A stretch of 64,000 nucleotides of DNA, taken from NCBI GenBank assembly GCA_036676985.1, contig JAKFBU010000026.1:1-64000 (forward strand), in the 5' to 3' direction. Each line of letters starts with the position of its first letter. Within the stretch, counting starts at the first letter, position 1. Below, in pieces: positions 54,798-64,000 of this stretch. Origin of the DNA: Candidatus Sericytochromatia bacterium (GTDB taxonomy: Bacteria > Cyanobacteriota > Sericytochromatia > S15B-MN24 > UBA4093). The translations under genes and the position numbers were made by a program. Under the pieces are notes generated by a model, which searched no databases, was not told the origin of the DNA, and saw only the letters and a program-made list of their open reading frames with translations.

Positions 54798-55421
54798 ATG
54801 AGACGTTCGTTCCGCTCCCAGCTTCTGCCCTCCCTGTTCCGCCTCGCGCGGCTCCTGCCTCTCGTCCTCATCCTCTGCTCGACCGTCTTCATGGCCTCGG
54901 CCCTCGCCGCCGACCCGAGCCCCTCGCCCCTGCAGGAGGCCGCCTCGGCCTCCGAGGGCTTCGAGTGGCGCGACTACCAGGATCCGGGGCTCGAGCGCTC
55001 GGAGGGCAACCCGCTCGTCAACACGCTCAGCTTCATGCTCAAGTTCGGCCTGGTGGTCGGACTCATCTACGGCGTCGCCTGGCTCTACAAGAAGGGCCTC
55101 ATCCCGAAGAACCTGCTTGCTGTCAGGCCCGGCATGGGACCCGTCACGGGGCGGGGTGCCATGCGCGTGATCGACAGCATCCCGTTGCGGGGCTCGCAGA
55201 GCCTGCATGTGGTCGAGGTGGGCGATCGCGTCCTGGTCGTCGGCTCCAACGGCCGCGAGACCCTCGTCAAGCTCACGGAGTGGACGGGCAAGCGCCCGCG
55301 CTTCGACAGCCTGCTCGATGGGGTCGAAAGCGGTGAGCCCGAGCCGGAGGTCAGCACCTTCTCCGAGGAGCTCGAGAGCACGCTGCGCCGCGTCATCCAG
55401 CGCGAAGGGGGCGAACAGTGA
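54798..55421 (+). CDS. fliO: FliO/FliZ
   Basis: TM then RVIDS.PL....SLHVVEVG.R.LVVG; precedes fliP. Confidence 0.85.
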   Translation: MRRSFRSQLLPSLFRLARLLPLVLILCSTVFMASALAADPSPSPLQEAASASEGFEWRDYQDPGLERSEGNPLVNTLSFMLKFGLVVGLIYGVAWLYKKGLIPKNLLAVRPGMGPVTGRGAMRVIDSIPLRGSQSLHVVEVGDRVLVVGSNGRETLVKLTEWTGKRPRFDSLLDGVESGEPEPEVSTFSEELESTLRRVIQREGGEQ

Positions 55422-56158
55422 GCCGGCGCCTGATGCCCATCCTGGCCGCCGCCGGTTGGTCCCTCCTGGCCGCGGCCCCGGCCATGGCCCAGCTCGAACT
55501 GCCCAAGATCCCGGTCTCGGGAGCGCCCCAGGACATCGCCGCCAACCTCCAGCTCTTGCTGCTGTTGACGGTCCTGAGCCTGGTGCCGGCCATCCTACTC
55601 CTGATGACGGCCTTCACCCGGATCGTCATCGTGCTCTCCTTCGTCCGTCAGGCCATGGGGACCCAGATGATGCCCCCCAATCAGGTGATCCTGGGGTTGG
55701 CCATGTTCCTGACCTTCTTCGTCATGGCGCCGACCATCTCGGCTATCAACACGCAGGCCATCCAGCCCTACATGGCCAACGAGATCACGCAGGCCCAGGC
55801 CTTCGATCGCGCCCAAAAGCCGATCCGGACCTTCATGTTCAAGCAGACCCGACAGAAGGACCTGGCCCTGTTCGTGCACATGGCCAAGCTGCCGCGGCCC
55901 CGCAACCCGGACGACATCCCGACCTGGGTGCTGATCCCGAGCTTCGTCATCTCCGAGATCAAGACGGCCTTCCAGATCGGCTTCGTCATCTACCTGCCGT
56001 TCCTGGTCATCGACATGATCGTCTCGAGCCTGCTGATGAGCATGGGCATGATGATGCTGCCGCCGGTCATGATCTCGCTGCCGTTCAAGATCATCCTGTT
56101 CGTGCTGGTGGACGGCTGGCACCTCCTGAGCCGCGCCTTGGTCGCGAGCTTCCAGTGA
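55418..56158 (+). CDS. fliP: Export gate protein FliP
   Basis: LTVLSL.P, FTRI.IVLS, PPNQV, SE.KTAFQIGF, MGMMMLPP..ISLPFK..LFVLVDGW. Confidence 0.98.
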   Translation: MSRRLMPILAAAGWSLLAAAPAMAQLELPKIPVSGAPQDIAANLQLLLLLTVLSLVPAILLLMTAFTRIVIVLSFVRQAMGTQMMPPNQVILGLAMFLTFFVMAPTISAINTQAIQPYMANEITQAQAFDRAQKPIRTFMFKQTRQKDLALFVHMAKLPRPRNPDDIPTWVLIPSFVISEIKTAFQIGFVIYLPFLVIDMIVSSLLMSMGMMMLPPVMISLPFKIILFVLVDGWHLLSRALVASFQ

Positions 56159-56207
56159 GGAGCGCCTGCGGCTCGCCCCCGGCAGGGGGCAACAGGGAGC
56201 TATCCCC

Positions 56208-56477
56208 ATGACCCAGACCGTGTTCTACGAGCTGTGCCAGCGGGCGTTGACGATCGTCGTCACCGTGGGCGGCCCGCTGCTCATGGCAAGCCTCGCGGTC
56301 GGTCTGCTGGTCAGCATCTTCCAGGCCGTCACGTCCATCAACGAGGCCACTCTCACCTTCATCCCCAAGATCGTGGTGACGGTCGTGCTGCTGGCCCTGG
56401 CGGGCCCCTGGATGGTGCAGTCCATCCTGGACTTCATGGCCCAGCTGCTGATCGATCTGCCGCGCTTCGCGAGGTAG
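56208..56477 (+). CDS. fliQ: Export gate protein FliQ
   Basis: GLLVSIFQA.T.I.E.TLTFIPK, GPWM. Confidence 0.96.
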   Translation: MTQTVFYELCQRALTIVVTVGGPLLMASLAVGLLVSIFQAVTSINEATLTFIPKIVVTVVLLALAGPWMVQSILDFMAQLLIDLPRFAR

Positions 56478-56480
56478 GCC

Positions 56481-57257
56481 ATGGACCTGGCCGCGCTGAT
56501 GCAGCTTCCGCCAGGTGGCCTCGAGGTGGCGCTCCTCGTCCTGGTGCGCGTCTCGGCCCTGTTCGTGTTCGCCCCGGTCTTCGGCAACACCGCCATCCCC
56601 ATGCGCGTCCGGGTCGCCGGGGCGGTGATCATCGGCCTCCTGCTCACGCCCATGGCGCTGGCCGGTCCCCGACCCGACCTCAGCACGCCCTACCTCCTGA
56701 CCGTCGCGGTGGCGAGCGAGCTCGCCGTGGGGCTCACGCTCGGGTTCGTGGCGTCCATGTTCTTTCACGGCGTCACGTTCGCGGGCTACCTCCTGGGCCT
56801 GCAGATGGGCTTCGGCATGAACACGCTGTACGATCCGGCCACGCGTAACCAGAGCACGGAGCTCGGGGTGCTGCTCACGCTGGTGGCGACCGTGGCCTTC
56901 ATGGCCTCCAATGCCCACCACTGGCTGCTGGCGGCCGTCTGGCGCTCCTTCAAGTCTGTGCCCCTGGGCACGTTCGTGCCGAACGGGCCCATCGCGGAGA
57001 AGATCGTGCTGGCGACCGCCGGGATCTACGACGTGGCCCTGACCATCATGCTCCCCATCACCGGGGTCATCCTGGTCGTCGAGCTCGCGCTGGCCATCCT
57101 CAACCGGGTCATCCCCCAGATGAACGTCTTCTCCATCGGCACCGGCGCGAAGATCCTGATCGGCCTCACGGCCCTCTCCGCCACCTTGCCCCTCATGGGC
57201 AACACCTTCGACATCCTCATCGACCGGCTCAGCCGGCAGCTCATCGAGTTCTTCTAA
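56481..57257 (+). CDS. fliR: Export gate protein FliR
   Basis: R....F..APVFG...IP, AG.....QMGF, R.IPQMNVF. Confidence 0.95.
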   Translation: MDLAALMQLPPGGLEVALLVLVRVSALFVFAPVFGNTAIPMRVRVAGAVIIGLLLTPMALAGPRPDLSTPYLLTVAVASELAVGLTLGFVASMFFHGVTFAGYLLGLQMGFGMNTLYDPATRNQSTELGVLLTLVATVAFMASNAHHWLLAAVWRSFKSVPLGTFVPNGPIAEKIVLATAGIYDVALTIMLPITGVILVVELALAILNRVIPQMNVFSIGTGAKILIGLTALSATLPLMGNTFDILIDRLSRQLIEFF

Positions 57258-57260
57258 GCC

Positions 57261-58331
57261 ATGGCCGAGGACAAGGAGCAAAAGACAGAAGCCCCCTCCG
57301 GGAAACGCATCTCCGATGCCCGGAAAAAGGGGAACATCCCCAAGAGCGCGGACTTCAGCTCGGCGGTGGTGCTCATGGCGTCGGCCTTCATGCTGCTCTT
57401 CTGGTGGCGCGGGGTGGTCGACACCCTGCGGGCACGCATGATCGTGACCTTCTCGGACCTGCCGACGGGTGATCTGACCATCGAGGGTCTCCGTCACCTC
57501 GCCATCGAGCTCAGCCGCGAGGGTTTCCTGCTGCTTGCGCCCTTCATGCTGAGCTTGCTCCTGATCGGCATCGTCACCAACGGCATCCAGACCCGCTTCA
57601 ACATCTCGACCGAGCTGATGAAGCCCTCCTTCGCCAAGCTCAATCCCATCAACGGCATCAAGCGCATCTTCTCGCTGCGCGGGGTGGTCGAGACCATCAA
57701 GGGCATCGTCAAGATCGTCATCGTGGGCTTCTTCAGCTTCCTGGTCATCCGGGACCGTTACGAGCAGATCGTCACGGCCGTGCAGATGGATCGCCAGCAG
57801 CTGGGCGCCCTGGTCGGGGACACGGCCTGGACCATCGCATGGCAATCGGCCCTCGCCCTCTTCATCGTGGGCGTCGCGGACTACGCCTACCAGCGCTGGG
57901 AGTGGTGGCGCAACCTCAAGATGACCAAGCAGGAGGTCAAGGACGAGCACAAGCAGATGGAGGGCTCCCAAGAGGTCAAGGGCGAGATCAAGAAGCGCCA
58001 GCGCCGCGCGGCGCTGCGCCGCATGATGCAGGACGTCCCCAAGGCGAGCGTCGTCATCACCAACCCGACGCACTACGCCGTGGCCATCCAGTACGAACGC
58101 GAGCACATGGAGGTGCCCGTCGTCGTGGCCAAGGGCGCTGACCTCATCGCCAAGAAGATCCGGGACATCGCCCGCGAGCACAACGTGCCCATGGTCGAGA
58201 ACAAGCCCGTCGCCCAGGCCCTCTACCGTCAGGTGGAGGTGGGGGACGAGATCCCGCCCGACATGTACGCCGTCATCGCCGAGATCCTGGTGGCCGTCTC
58301 CCGGGCCGATCGGCGCGCGGCTCGGAGTTGA
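57261..58331 (+). CDS. flhB: Export switch protein FlhB
   Basis: KTE.P..KR..DAR.KG, KMTKQEVKDE.K..EG, NPTH autocleavage motif. Confidence 0.97.
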   Translation: MAEDKEQKTEAPSGKRISDARKKGNIPKSADFSSAVVLMASAFMLLFWWRGVVDTLRARMIVTFSDLPTGDLTIEGLRHLAIELSREGFLLLAPFMLSLLLIGIVTNGIQTRFNISTELMKPSFAKLNPINGIKRIFSLRGVVETIKGIVKIVIVGFFSFLVIRDRYEQIVTAVQMDRQQLGALVGDTAWTIAWQSALALFIVGVADYAYQRWEWWRNLKMTKQEVKDEHKQMEGSQEVKGEIKKRQRRAALRRMMQDVPKASVVITNPTHYAVAIQYEREHMEVPVVVAKGADLIAKKIRDIAREHNVPMVENKPVAQALYRQVEVGDEIPPDMYAVIAEILVAVSRADRRAARS

Positions 58332-58424
58332 CCGGATGCTTCATGGCTGTTTCATGTGGTGTGAGCAAGCGCTGGGGGACGTAGCCGACGGGGCTATAGT
58401 GCCCCTGGTGCGACGAGGCGAGCC

Positions 58425-59252
58425 GTGAAGAGTCATGCCCCCGATGACCTGGTCGGTCGCGTCAGCCGCCTCCTCTACCAGGAGGCCGCCCTGGCCTATC
58501 CCCCGTCGAAGCGCGCCTTTGTCGAGGAGCGGGTCCGCACCTTCATGGCTGCTTCCCGTCTGCAGACGGAGGCCGAGCTGCTGCGTCGGCTGGAGGTCGA
58601 TCCCGGGGCTCGGACGGGGCTCATCGAGGCCCTGACCATCCACGAGACCCGCTTCTTCCGGATCCCCGCCCAGTTCGAGGCCCTTGCCTCCCTGGTGCCG
58701 GAGCTGGTCGAGCGGCGGCGCCGCTCCCTGCTCGATCGCCCGCGGCTCCGCTCGTGGGTGGCCGCATGCTCGACCGGCGAGGAGGCCTATTCCCTCGCCA
58801 TGGCCCTCCGGGCCCTCGAGGCAAGAACCCTCGAGGCCGAGATCCTCGCCACCGATCTCAGTCGAGCCGTACTCGCGCAGGCGCGCCGGGGGCGCTATGC
58901 CGCCGAGCGGCTGGAGCTGATACCCCCCCGCCAAAGGGAGGCGTCGTTCATCGAGCACGGCGGCGAGCTGGAGGTGCGCCCCGAGGTGCGCGCCATGGTG
59001 CGCTTCGAGGCGCACAACCTCAAGGCGCCCTGTCCGTCCGGCCCCTGGGACATGATCTGGTGCCGCAACGTCATGATCTACTTCGACAACGCCTTTCGAG
59101 CCGAGCTGCTGGAGCGCTTCTACCAATCGCTTACCCCGGGAGGGTATCTGTTCGTCGGGGAGGCCGAGACGCTGCACCTGGTCCCCCATCGCTTTCGGAC
59201 GGTCGAGGTGGGCGCCGCACTCGCCTATCAGCGCCCGCTGGACGAGCGCTAG
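58425..59252 (+). CDS. cheR: Chemotaxis methyltransferase CheR
   Basis: TIHET.FFR, WVAACSTGEE.YS, ATDLS, CRNVMIYF, GGYLFVG. Confidence 0.95.
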   Translation: MKSHAPDDLVGRVSRLLYQEAALAYPPSKRAFVEERVRTFMAASRLQTEAELLRRLEVDPGARTGLIEALTIHETRFFRIPAQFEALASLVPELVERRRRSLLDRPRLRSWVAACSTGEEAYSLAMALRALEARTLEAEILATDLSRAVLAQARRGRYAAERLELIPPRQREASFIEHGGELEVRPEVRAMVRFEAHNLKAPCPSGPWDMIWCRNVMIYFDNAFRAELLERFYQSLTPGGYLFVGEAETLHLVPHRFRTVEVGAALAYQRPLDER

Positions 59253-59462
59253 TCGTTCAGCAAATCTTCAGAGTCGGCAGGCTATGATGGGGTGGCAGGC
59301 CCTCGGATCGGGACCCGTCGACAGATCTTCACGCAACGCCGGGGTAATCTTCATATTTCGTGTCGTTTTTCGATGGTTAGGTGCCGCAGGATACGGTATA
59401 ACCTAGATATCCGGGTGCTTGCCCACCGACCGGGTCGGCATGAAGTCCGCTTGCGGGCGCAA

Positions 59463-59480
59463 GATTAGAGAACTCTAATC
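59463..59480. promoter_or_regulatory. Perfect palindrome upstream of cheW (candidate operator)
   Basis: GATTAGAG-aa-CTCTAATC. Confidence 0.5.
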
Positions 59481-59559
59481 GAAACCCGGCGGGAGCAGAT
59501 GGTTGACGGGGGTATACATAAATGCGCTGTCGCAGGACGGGCGCAGGAAGGGGTGAGGA

Positions 59560-60048
59560 ATGAGCGAAGCGACGCTTGAGAAGCAGGGGACGAGCCTCCT
59601 GCAGTTGGCGACCTTTCGTCTGGGCTCGGAGGAGTACGCCGTCGACATCGCCACGGTCCAGGAGATCGTGCGCATGACGGCCGTCACCCGCGTGCCTCGC
59701 GCGCCCTCCTTCGTCGAGGGCGTGGTCAACCTGCGCGGCAAGATCGTGCCCGTCATCGACCTGCGCAAGCGCTTCGGCATGGCCACCGTCGAGGCGACCA
59801 AGGCCACCCGGATCATCATCGTGGAGGTCGGGGGCAAGACCGTCGGCCTCATCGTCGACGCCGTGCGCGAGGTGCTGCGCCTGTCGTCCGACGCCATCGA
59901 TCCCACCCCCGAGATGGTCTCCAGCTCCATCGACGCGGCCTTCTTCAAGGGCGTCGGCAAGCTCGAGGATCGCCTCATCATTCTGTTGGACCTCACGCGC
60001 CTCCTGACCCTCGACGAGATGGCGGCCCTCGGAAACGACGCGGACTAA
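59560..60048 (+). CDS. cheW: Chemotaxis coupling protein CheW
   Basis: F.LG.EEYA.DI..VQEI, VPRAP.FVEGV.NLRG.IVPVIDL, VGLIVD.V.EV. Confidence 0.97.
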   Translation: MSEATLEKQGTSLLQLATFRLGSEEYAVDIATVQEIVRMTAVTRVPRAPSFVEGVVNLRGKIVPVIDLRKRFGMATVEATKATRIIIVEVGGKTVGLIVDAVREVLRLSSDAIDPTPEMVSSSIDAAFFKGVGKLEDRLIILLDLTRLLTLDEMAALGNDAD

Positions 60049-60051
60049 GAC

Positions 60052-61866
60052 ATGGCCACATTGGCTTGGTTTGATCGACTCATTTCCTCGTTCGCCGCTA
60101 TCGTGCGGCGGCGCGGCCGTCTCGACACGCATCAGCTCGTCGTCGATCGCACCAAGCCCGAGGAGCGTACCCAGGCCCTCTTGCCGATCCTGCAATCCAA
60201 CTTCAAGGACGCCCCCGCGAGCCTGCTCGACCTCGCCCCGCTCGAGGAATGCTTCAAGGACGAGCACTCCTACAACAACATGATCGAGCTGGTCACGCTC
60301 TTCGGCATGCGCGGCTTCCCCTTCGAGGCCGAGCGGCTCGTGGAGTGGCACCGGCTCGCCATCCCGCCCTCGACGCTGTACGCGGTCTTCGAGCTGACGC
60401 GCCCGACCAAGGTCGAACAGCTGGATTACCTGCTGGAAGCCATCCGGCCGCGGGCCGCAAGCCTGCGCGTCGAGGCCCTGCGCCCCATCGCCAATGTCTA
60501 CCAGGCGCTGGGTCGACCGCTCGCCATCGACAACCTGGTCCTCGCGCTGGATACCCTCGGAGTGGCCGAGGGCGGGGCAGTCGCGGCCTTCGTGGGCGCC
60601 GCCGAGGCCTACGTCCACATCGGTCCGGAGGATGCGCGCCTCGATCGGCTCCTGATGGAGCGGATCGCCGACGAAGAGGCCCTCGCGGCGACGGCGACCA
60701 TGTTCGATGTCATCGCCGTCCACAAGGGCAAGGTGGACCACTTCGACGAGATCCGCGACCTGCTGGACGGCGTGCGCGATCGCATCACCGTGCGCCGCAT
60801 CTCCAAGGTCCTGCAGCTCTTCGAGGAGTTCGGCGTGCACGCGGGCGTCCTGGACACCTTCCAGCTCTCGTTCGCCACCACCCAGGGCGACATCGAGTGG
60901 CTCGAGCGGGCCCTCAAGGGCCTCACCGACCTCAAACGCCCCATCGACCGGGTGGCCCTGATGCAGCTGCGCGAGTGGGCGCCGGAGCTTGCGGCCCTCG
61001 GCCGCTACCTGACGGCCGTGCGCTCGTTCCAGGGCCTCGGCATGAGCGTCGACGAGATCGACAAGCTGGTGCTCAAGCGCGTGGAGTCGGAGGAGAAGAG
61101 CCAGGTGCTCGGCCTCATCGGGGACCTCTGGTTCCGCCTGGGCTTCGGCGAATTGACCTTCGAGCGCGCCGAGCATCTGGCGGAGATCCTGGTCGATCGC
61201 CCCCACCTCAAGCGCTACGAGACGGCCGTCCACCTCCTGCGTGAGCTCAAGATGGGCGCGCACGACGTGGAAGCCCTCGCCGAGGTCTTCTTCGAGACCT
61301 CGGACGACATCAATTGGCTCGAGGGCGTGCTCGCGAGCGCCGGCGAGTCCGAGGAGCGGCTGGGCCGGTTGCAGATCCTGCACCTGCGCGAGCGCTGTCC
61401 GGATCCGCCCAACCTGTACCGCTACTTCCGCCTGCGCCGGGCATTCAGCTGGTTCCAGGGCGATCATGCGGCCCTCGATGCGTGGCTCATCGACCTCGCC
61501 CCCGTCTCAGAGCGCACGTCGACCCTCTTAGCCCTCGCCGAGATCCTGCAGGACTCCGGCCGCCTGACGGTCGAGGAGCTCAAGGAGCTCGAGGCGACCT
61601 ACCCGACCCATGACCTCCTCGAGGCCTTCGGGGAGTGCGTCCGCACCTTCAACGGCGACTGGCGCAGCTTCAGCATGTTCCTCAAGCAGGTGCTGGAGAG
61701 CGGCGACCTGCAGTCCGTCTTCGCCATTCTCAACCGGACCTTCGGAGAGGCCCGCATGTCCGGCAACAAGTTCGAGCGAGCCTTCGAGTTCCTCGTCAAC
61801 CGCCTGGGCCACCGCCCGGTCGTCAGCAAGACCCTCGCCACCAAGAAAGAGGACCCCAACTCATGA
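60052..61866 (+). CDS. Uncharacterised all-helical repeat protein in the che operon
   Basis: 604 aa; 3 nt after the cheW stop and ATGA overlap with cheX; internal ~139-aa repeat. Confidence 0.8.
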   Translation: MATLAWFDRLISSFAAIVRRRGRLDTHQLVVDRTKPEERTQALLPILQSNFKDAPASLLDLAPLEECFKDEHSYNNMIELVTLFGMRGFPFEAERLVEWHRLAIPPSTLYAVFELTRPTKVEQLDYLLEAIRPRAASLRVEALRPIANVYQALGRPLAIDNLVLALDTLGVAEGGAVAAFVGAAEAYVHIGPEDARLDRLLMERIADEEALAATATMFDVIAVHKGKVDHFDEIRDLLDGVRDRITVRRISKVLQLFEEFGVHAGVLDTFQLSFATTQGDIEWLERALKGLTDLKRPIDRVALMQLREWAPELAALGRYLTAVRSFQGLGMSVDEIDKLVLKRVESEEKSQVLGLIGDLWFRLGFGELTFERAEHLAEILVDRPHLKRYETAVHLLRELKMGAHDVEALAEVFFETSDDINWLEGVLASAGESEERLGRLQILHLRERCPDPPNLYRYFRLRRAFSWFQGDHAALDAWLIDLAPVSERTSTLLALAEILQDSGRLTVEELKELEATYPTHDLLEAFGECVRTFNGDWRSFSMFLKQVLESGDLQSVFAILNRTFGEARMSGNKFERAFEFLVNRLGHRPVVSKTLATKKEDPNS

Positions 61867-62354
61867 TCAACGAGCCACGGAGTGCTGCCAGCCTGGATTA
61901 CGTCCGGGCCTTCGTTCAGGCCGCGGAGCGCGTGCTGGGCGAGGTGATCGGCGAGGTCCCGACGAAGGGCACGCCCATCTTCCAGAAGGAGCCGTCCATC
62001 GGCCTCCAGGAAGTCAACGTCACGGTCGGCATCACGGGCGACCTCCAGGGTCAGGTCAACTTCGGCATGGACATGGCGACGGCCCTCGGCATCGCCTCGA
62101 TCATGATGATGGAGACCGTCAGCGCCCTGGACGAGATGTCGATCTCGGCCCTCCAGGAGCTGTCCAACATGATCTCGGGCAACGCCCGCTTCTTCCTCAA
62201 CGATCTGGGCGTCAAGTCGGACATCACGCCGCCCACCATGCTCGTGGGCAAGGACATGAGCGCCACCTGGCACCGGATCCGGGCCATGGCCGTTCCCCTG
62301 GACCTTTCGTGCGGCAGGATCCTCGTCACCGTCGGCATTCGGCAAGGAGATTAA
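61863..62354 (+). CDS. cheX: CheY-P phosphatase CheX
   Basis: VGITGDLQG.V, SAL.ELSNMISG.A, DITPPT...G. Confidence 0.9.
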   Translation: MINEPRSAASLDYVRAFVQAAERVLGEVIGEVPTKGTPIFQKEPSIGLQEVNVTVGITGDLQGQVNFGMDMATALGIASIMMMETVSALDEMSISALQELSNMISGNARFFLNDLGVKSDITPPTMLVGKDMSATWHRIRAMAVPLDLSCGRILVTVGIRQGD

Positions 62355-62360
62355 GCGCTA

Positions 62361-62726
62361 ATGAGCATTCGAATTCTGATCGTGGACGATGCCCCCTTCA
62401 TGCGGCGGACGCTCGCCAAGCTCTTCGAAGAGAAGGGCTGGGAAGTGGTCGGCGAGGCCGGCAACGGCAAGGAAGCGGTGGATCAGTTCGGCGCCCTTCA
62501 GCCCGACATCGTGACCATGGACATCACAATGCCCGAGATGGACGGCATCACGGCCGTCAAGACCATCGTCGCCGCCCACCCGGCCGCCCGCATCATCATG
62601 TGCAGCGCCGTCGGCCAGCAGGACATGATCGTCGACGCCGTCAAGGCGGGCGCCAAGGACTTCATCGTCAAGCCCTTCCAGAAGGATCGGGTCCTCGCCG
62701 CCGTCGAAGGCGCGCTCAAGAAGTAG
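62361..62726 (+). CDS. cheY: Chemotaxis response regulator CheY
   Basis: ILIVDDA.FMR, PDIVTMDITMPEMDG, MCSA.GQQ, DFIVKPF. Confidence 0.96.
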   Translation: MSIRILIVDDAPFMRRTLAKLFEEKGWEVVGEAGNGKEAVDQFGALQPDIVTMDITMPEMDGITAVKTIVAAHPAARIIMCSAVGQQDMIVDAVKAGAKDFIVKPFQKDRVLAAVEGALKK

Positions 62727-62736
62727 GGGCCGGCCG

Positions 62737-64000
62737 ATGAGTTTAGAATTCAGCGACGAGGATTACAAGCTATTCCTCGAAGAAGGACGTGCGCACCTTC
62801 AGACCCTCGAGCAGAGCCTCCTGGTCCTCGAGGACTCGGTGGACGCCCCCTTGGACCTCGCCCTCATCAACGAGATGTTCCGGGCGGCCCACTCGGTCAA
62901 GGGGGCGGCCGGCATGCTCGGCCTCAAGACGATCCAGGCCGTCACGCACCAGCTGGAGAACCTGCTGGGCCGGCTGCGCGAGGGCAAGTTCGGCGCTGAT
63001 CTCGAGCTCGTCGAGACCCTGTTCGAAGCCGTAGACGTGCTCGGCACGCTCATGGTCGAGGTGAGCGGCCCCGACCGCCTGACGCGCACCGACACCTCCG
63101 CCACGGTGGCGCGCCTCAAGGACGTGCTGGAGGCCCGCGAGAACGCGGGCTCGACCAGCTCGGACGCCCAGACCCTCCTGCCCTTCACCCTCTCGGGTGG
63201 CCTGGAGACGGCCATGGACGCCAAGGCCACCGAGGTGACCCGGCGCGCCATGCGCGAGAAGCGGTACCTGTACGAGGCGAAGCTGGATCTCGAGAACTGC
63301 CGCTGGCTCGAGGGCAACCCCGACCACGAGATCCTCGAACGCCTGTTCGCCATCACCGAACTCATCGCGCTGCACTCCGACCCGGCCCTGCCGGCGACGG
63401 ACGCGGCGGGGACCTTCCCGATCAAGGGACATGCCCTCGTGCAGTCCTCGGCCGAACCCATGATCGTTCAGATGCTCGTGCCGCTCCCACCGGACGACAT
63501 GCGCCTGATCTACGATCCCGCCAACCCTCCGGCCGAGGCGCCCCCCGCCCCGGTCCAGGTCCAGGCGTCGGTTCCGGCGGTTCAGGCAACGCCCGTCGCC
63601 CCGGAGGCCGAGGCCAAGCCTGCCGCCAAGCAGGCGCCCAAGGCCGCGGGCGGCCCCGCTCACCACGGCGGCCAGAGCATCCGGGTCGACGTGGAGCGCC
63701 TGGACGACCTCATGAATGTCGTGGGCGAGATCGTCATCGGCAACACCCGCCTGGCACAGCTCGGCAACACGCTCGAGAACCGCTACGACCGCGACACGAC
63801 CGTCCACCAGCTCAACGAGGCCCTCGGTCAGCTCGGTCGCCTGGTGGGCGACCTGCAGACCACCGTGCTGCGCACTCGCATGGTGCCGGTGGAGCGCGTC
63901 TTCACGCGCTTTCCCCGCCTGATCCGCGATCTGGCACGGACGCTCGGCAAGGAAGCCAAGCTCGAAATGTACGGCCAGGAGACCGAGATCGACAAGACGG
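62737..64000 (+). CDS. cheA: Chemotaxis histidine kinase CheA (3' end beyond the window)
   Basis: Translated by hand from ATG 62737: HPt NEMFRAAHSVKGAAG..H.LE, then SIRVDVERLD.LMN.VGE and RMVP....F.RFPR..RD; open at the window edge. Confidence 0.96.
   Translation, partial: MSLEFSDEDYKLFLEEGRAHLQTLEQSLLVLEDSVDAPLDLALINEMFRAAHSVKGAAGMLGLKTIQAVTHQLENLLGRLREGKFGADLELVETLFEAVDVLGTLMVEVSGPDRLTRTDTSATVARLKDVLEARENAGSTSSDAQTLLPFTLSGGLETAMDAKATEVTRRAMREKRYLYEAKLDLENCRWLEGNPDHEILERLFAITELIALHSDPALPATDAAGTFPIKGHALVQSSAEPMIVQMLVPLPPDDMRLIYDPANPPAEAPPAPVQVQASVPAVQATPVAPEAEAKPAAKQAPKAAGGPAHHGGQSIRVDVERLDDLMNVVGEIVIGNTRLAQLGNTLENRYDRDTTVHQLNEALGQLGRLVGDLQTTVLRTRMVPVERVFTRFPRLIRDLARTLGKEAKLEMYGQETEIDKT

Noticed and set aside
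61635-61862. N-terminal extension of CheX
   Set aside because: It overlaps the upstream gene out of frame; ATG 61863 with a GAGGA RBS is the better start.

Overview
A high-GC bacterial chromosomal window with no CRISPR array, rRNA, prophage or transposase. The left ~37.8 kb holds housekeeping and envelope genes: tRNA-Leu(UAA), ftsB/divIC, nrdR with a divergent nrdD, two lspA paralogues, patatin, PspC, NamZ/DUF1343, moaDE-def-AKR, a PhoB/SphR-like two-component pair, a zincin-PD40-Omp85-like outer-membrane protein, nfeD-slipin, fhs, sppA, gmhB-murJ, an amino-acid permease and panC-cmk. The right ~26 kb is a Firmicutes-style fla/che cluster running from flgB to flhB, then cheR, cheW, an unknown repeat protein, cheX, cheY and a cheA cut off by the window end. 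Diderm markers, coupled panC-cmk and the SphR-like regulator suggest a flagellated non-photosynthetic relative of Cyanobacteria (Sericytochromatia-like); this is inference only. Main highlights: (1) a peroxiredoxin whose catalytic Cys codon is an in-frame TGA followed by a SECIS-like hairpin. It converges on a Family 1 encapsulin plus ferritin-like cargo operon, and both promoters carry the same GTAAC-N5-GTTAC site. (2) A compact structured RNA between the TIGR02530-type gene and flgE, under a sigma28-like promoter. (3) An unassigned protein with a ~139-aa repeat inside the che operon. (4) An NrdD with substituted catalytic-site motifs. (5) A candidate Pho-box-driven sRNA. (6) Several MITE/REP-like palindromic insertions. 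All calls are by-eye motif recognition; no searches were run.
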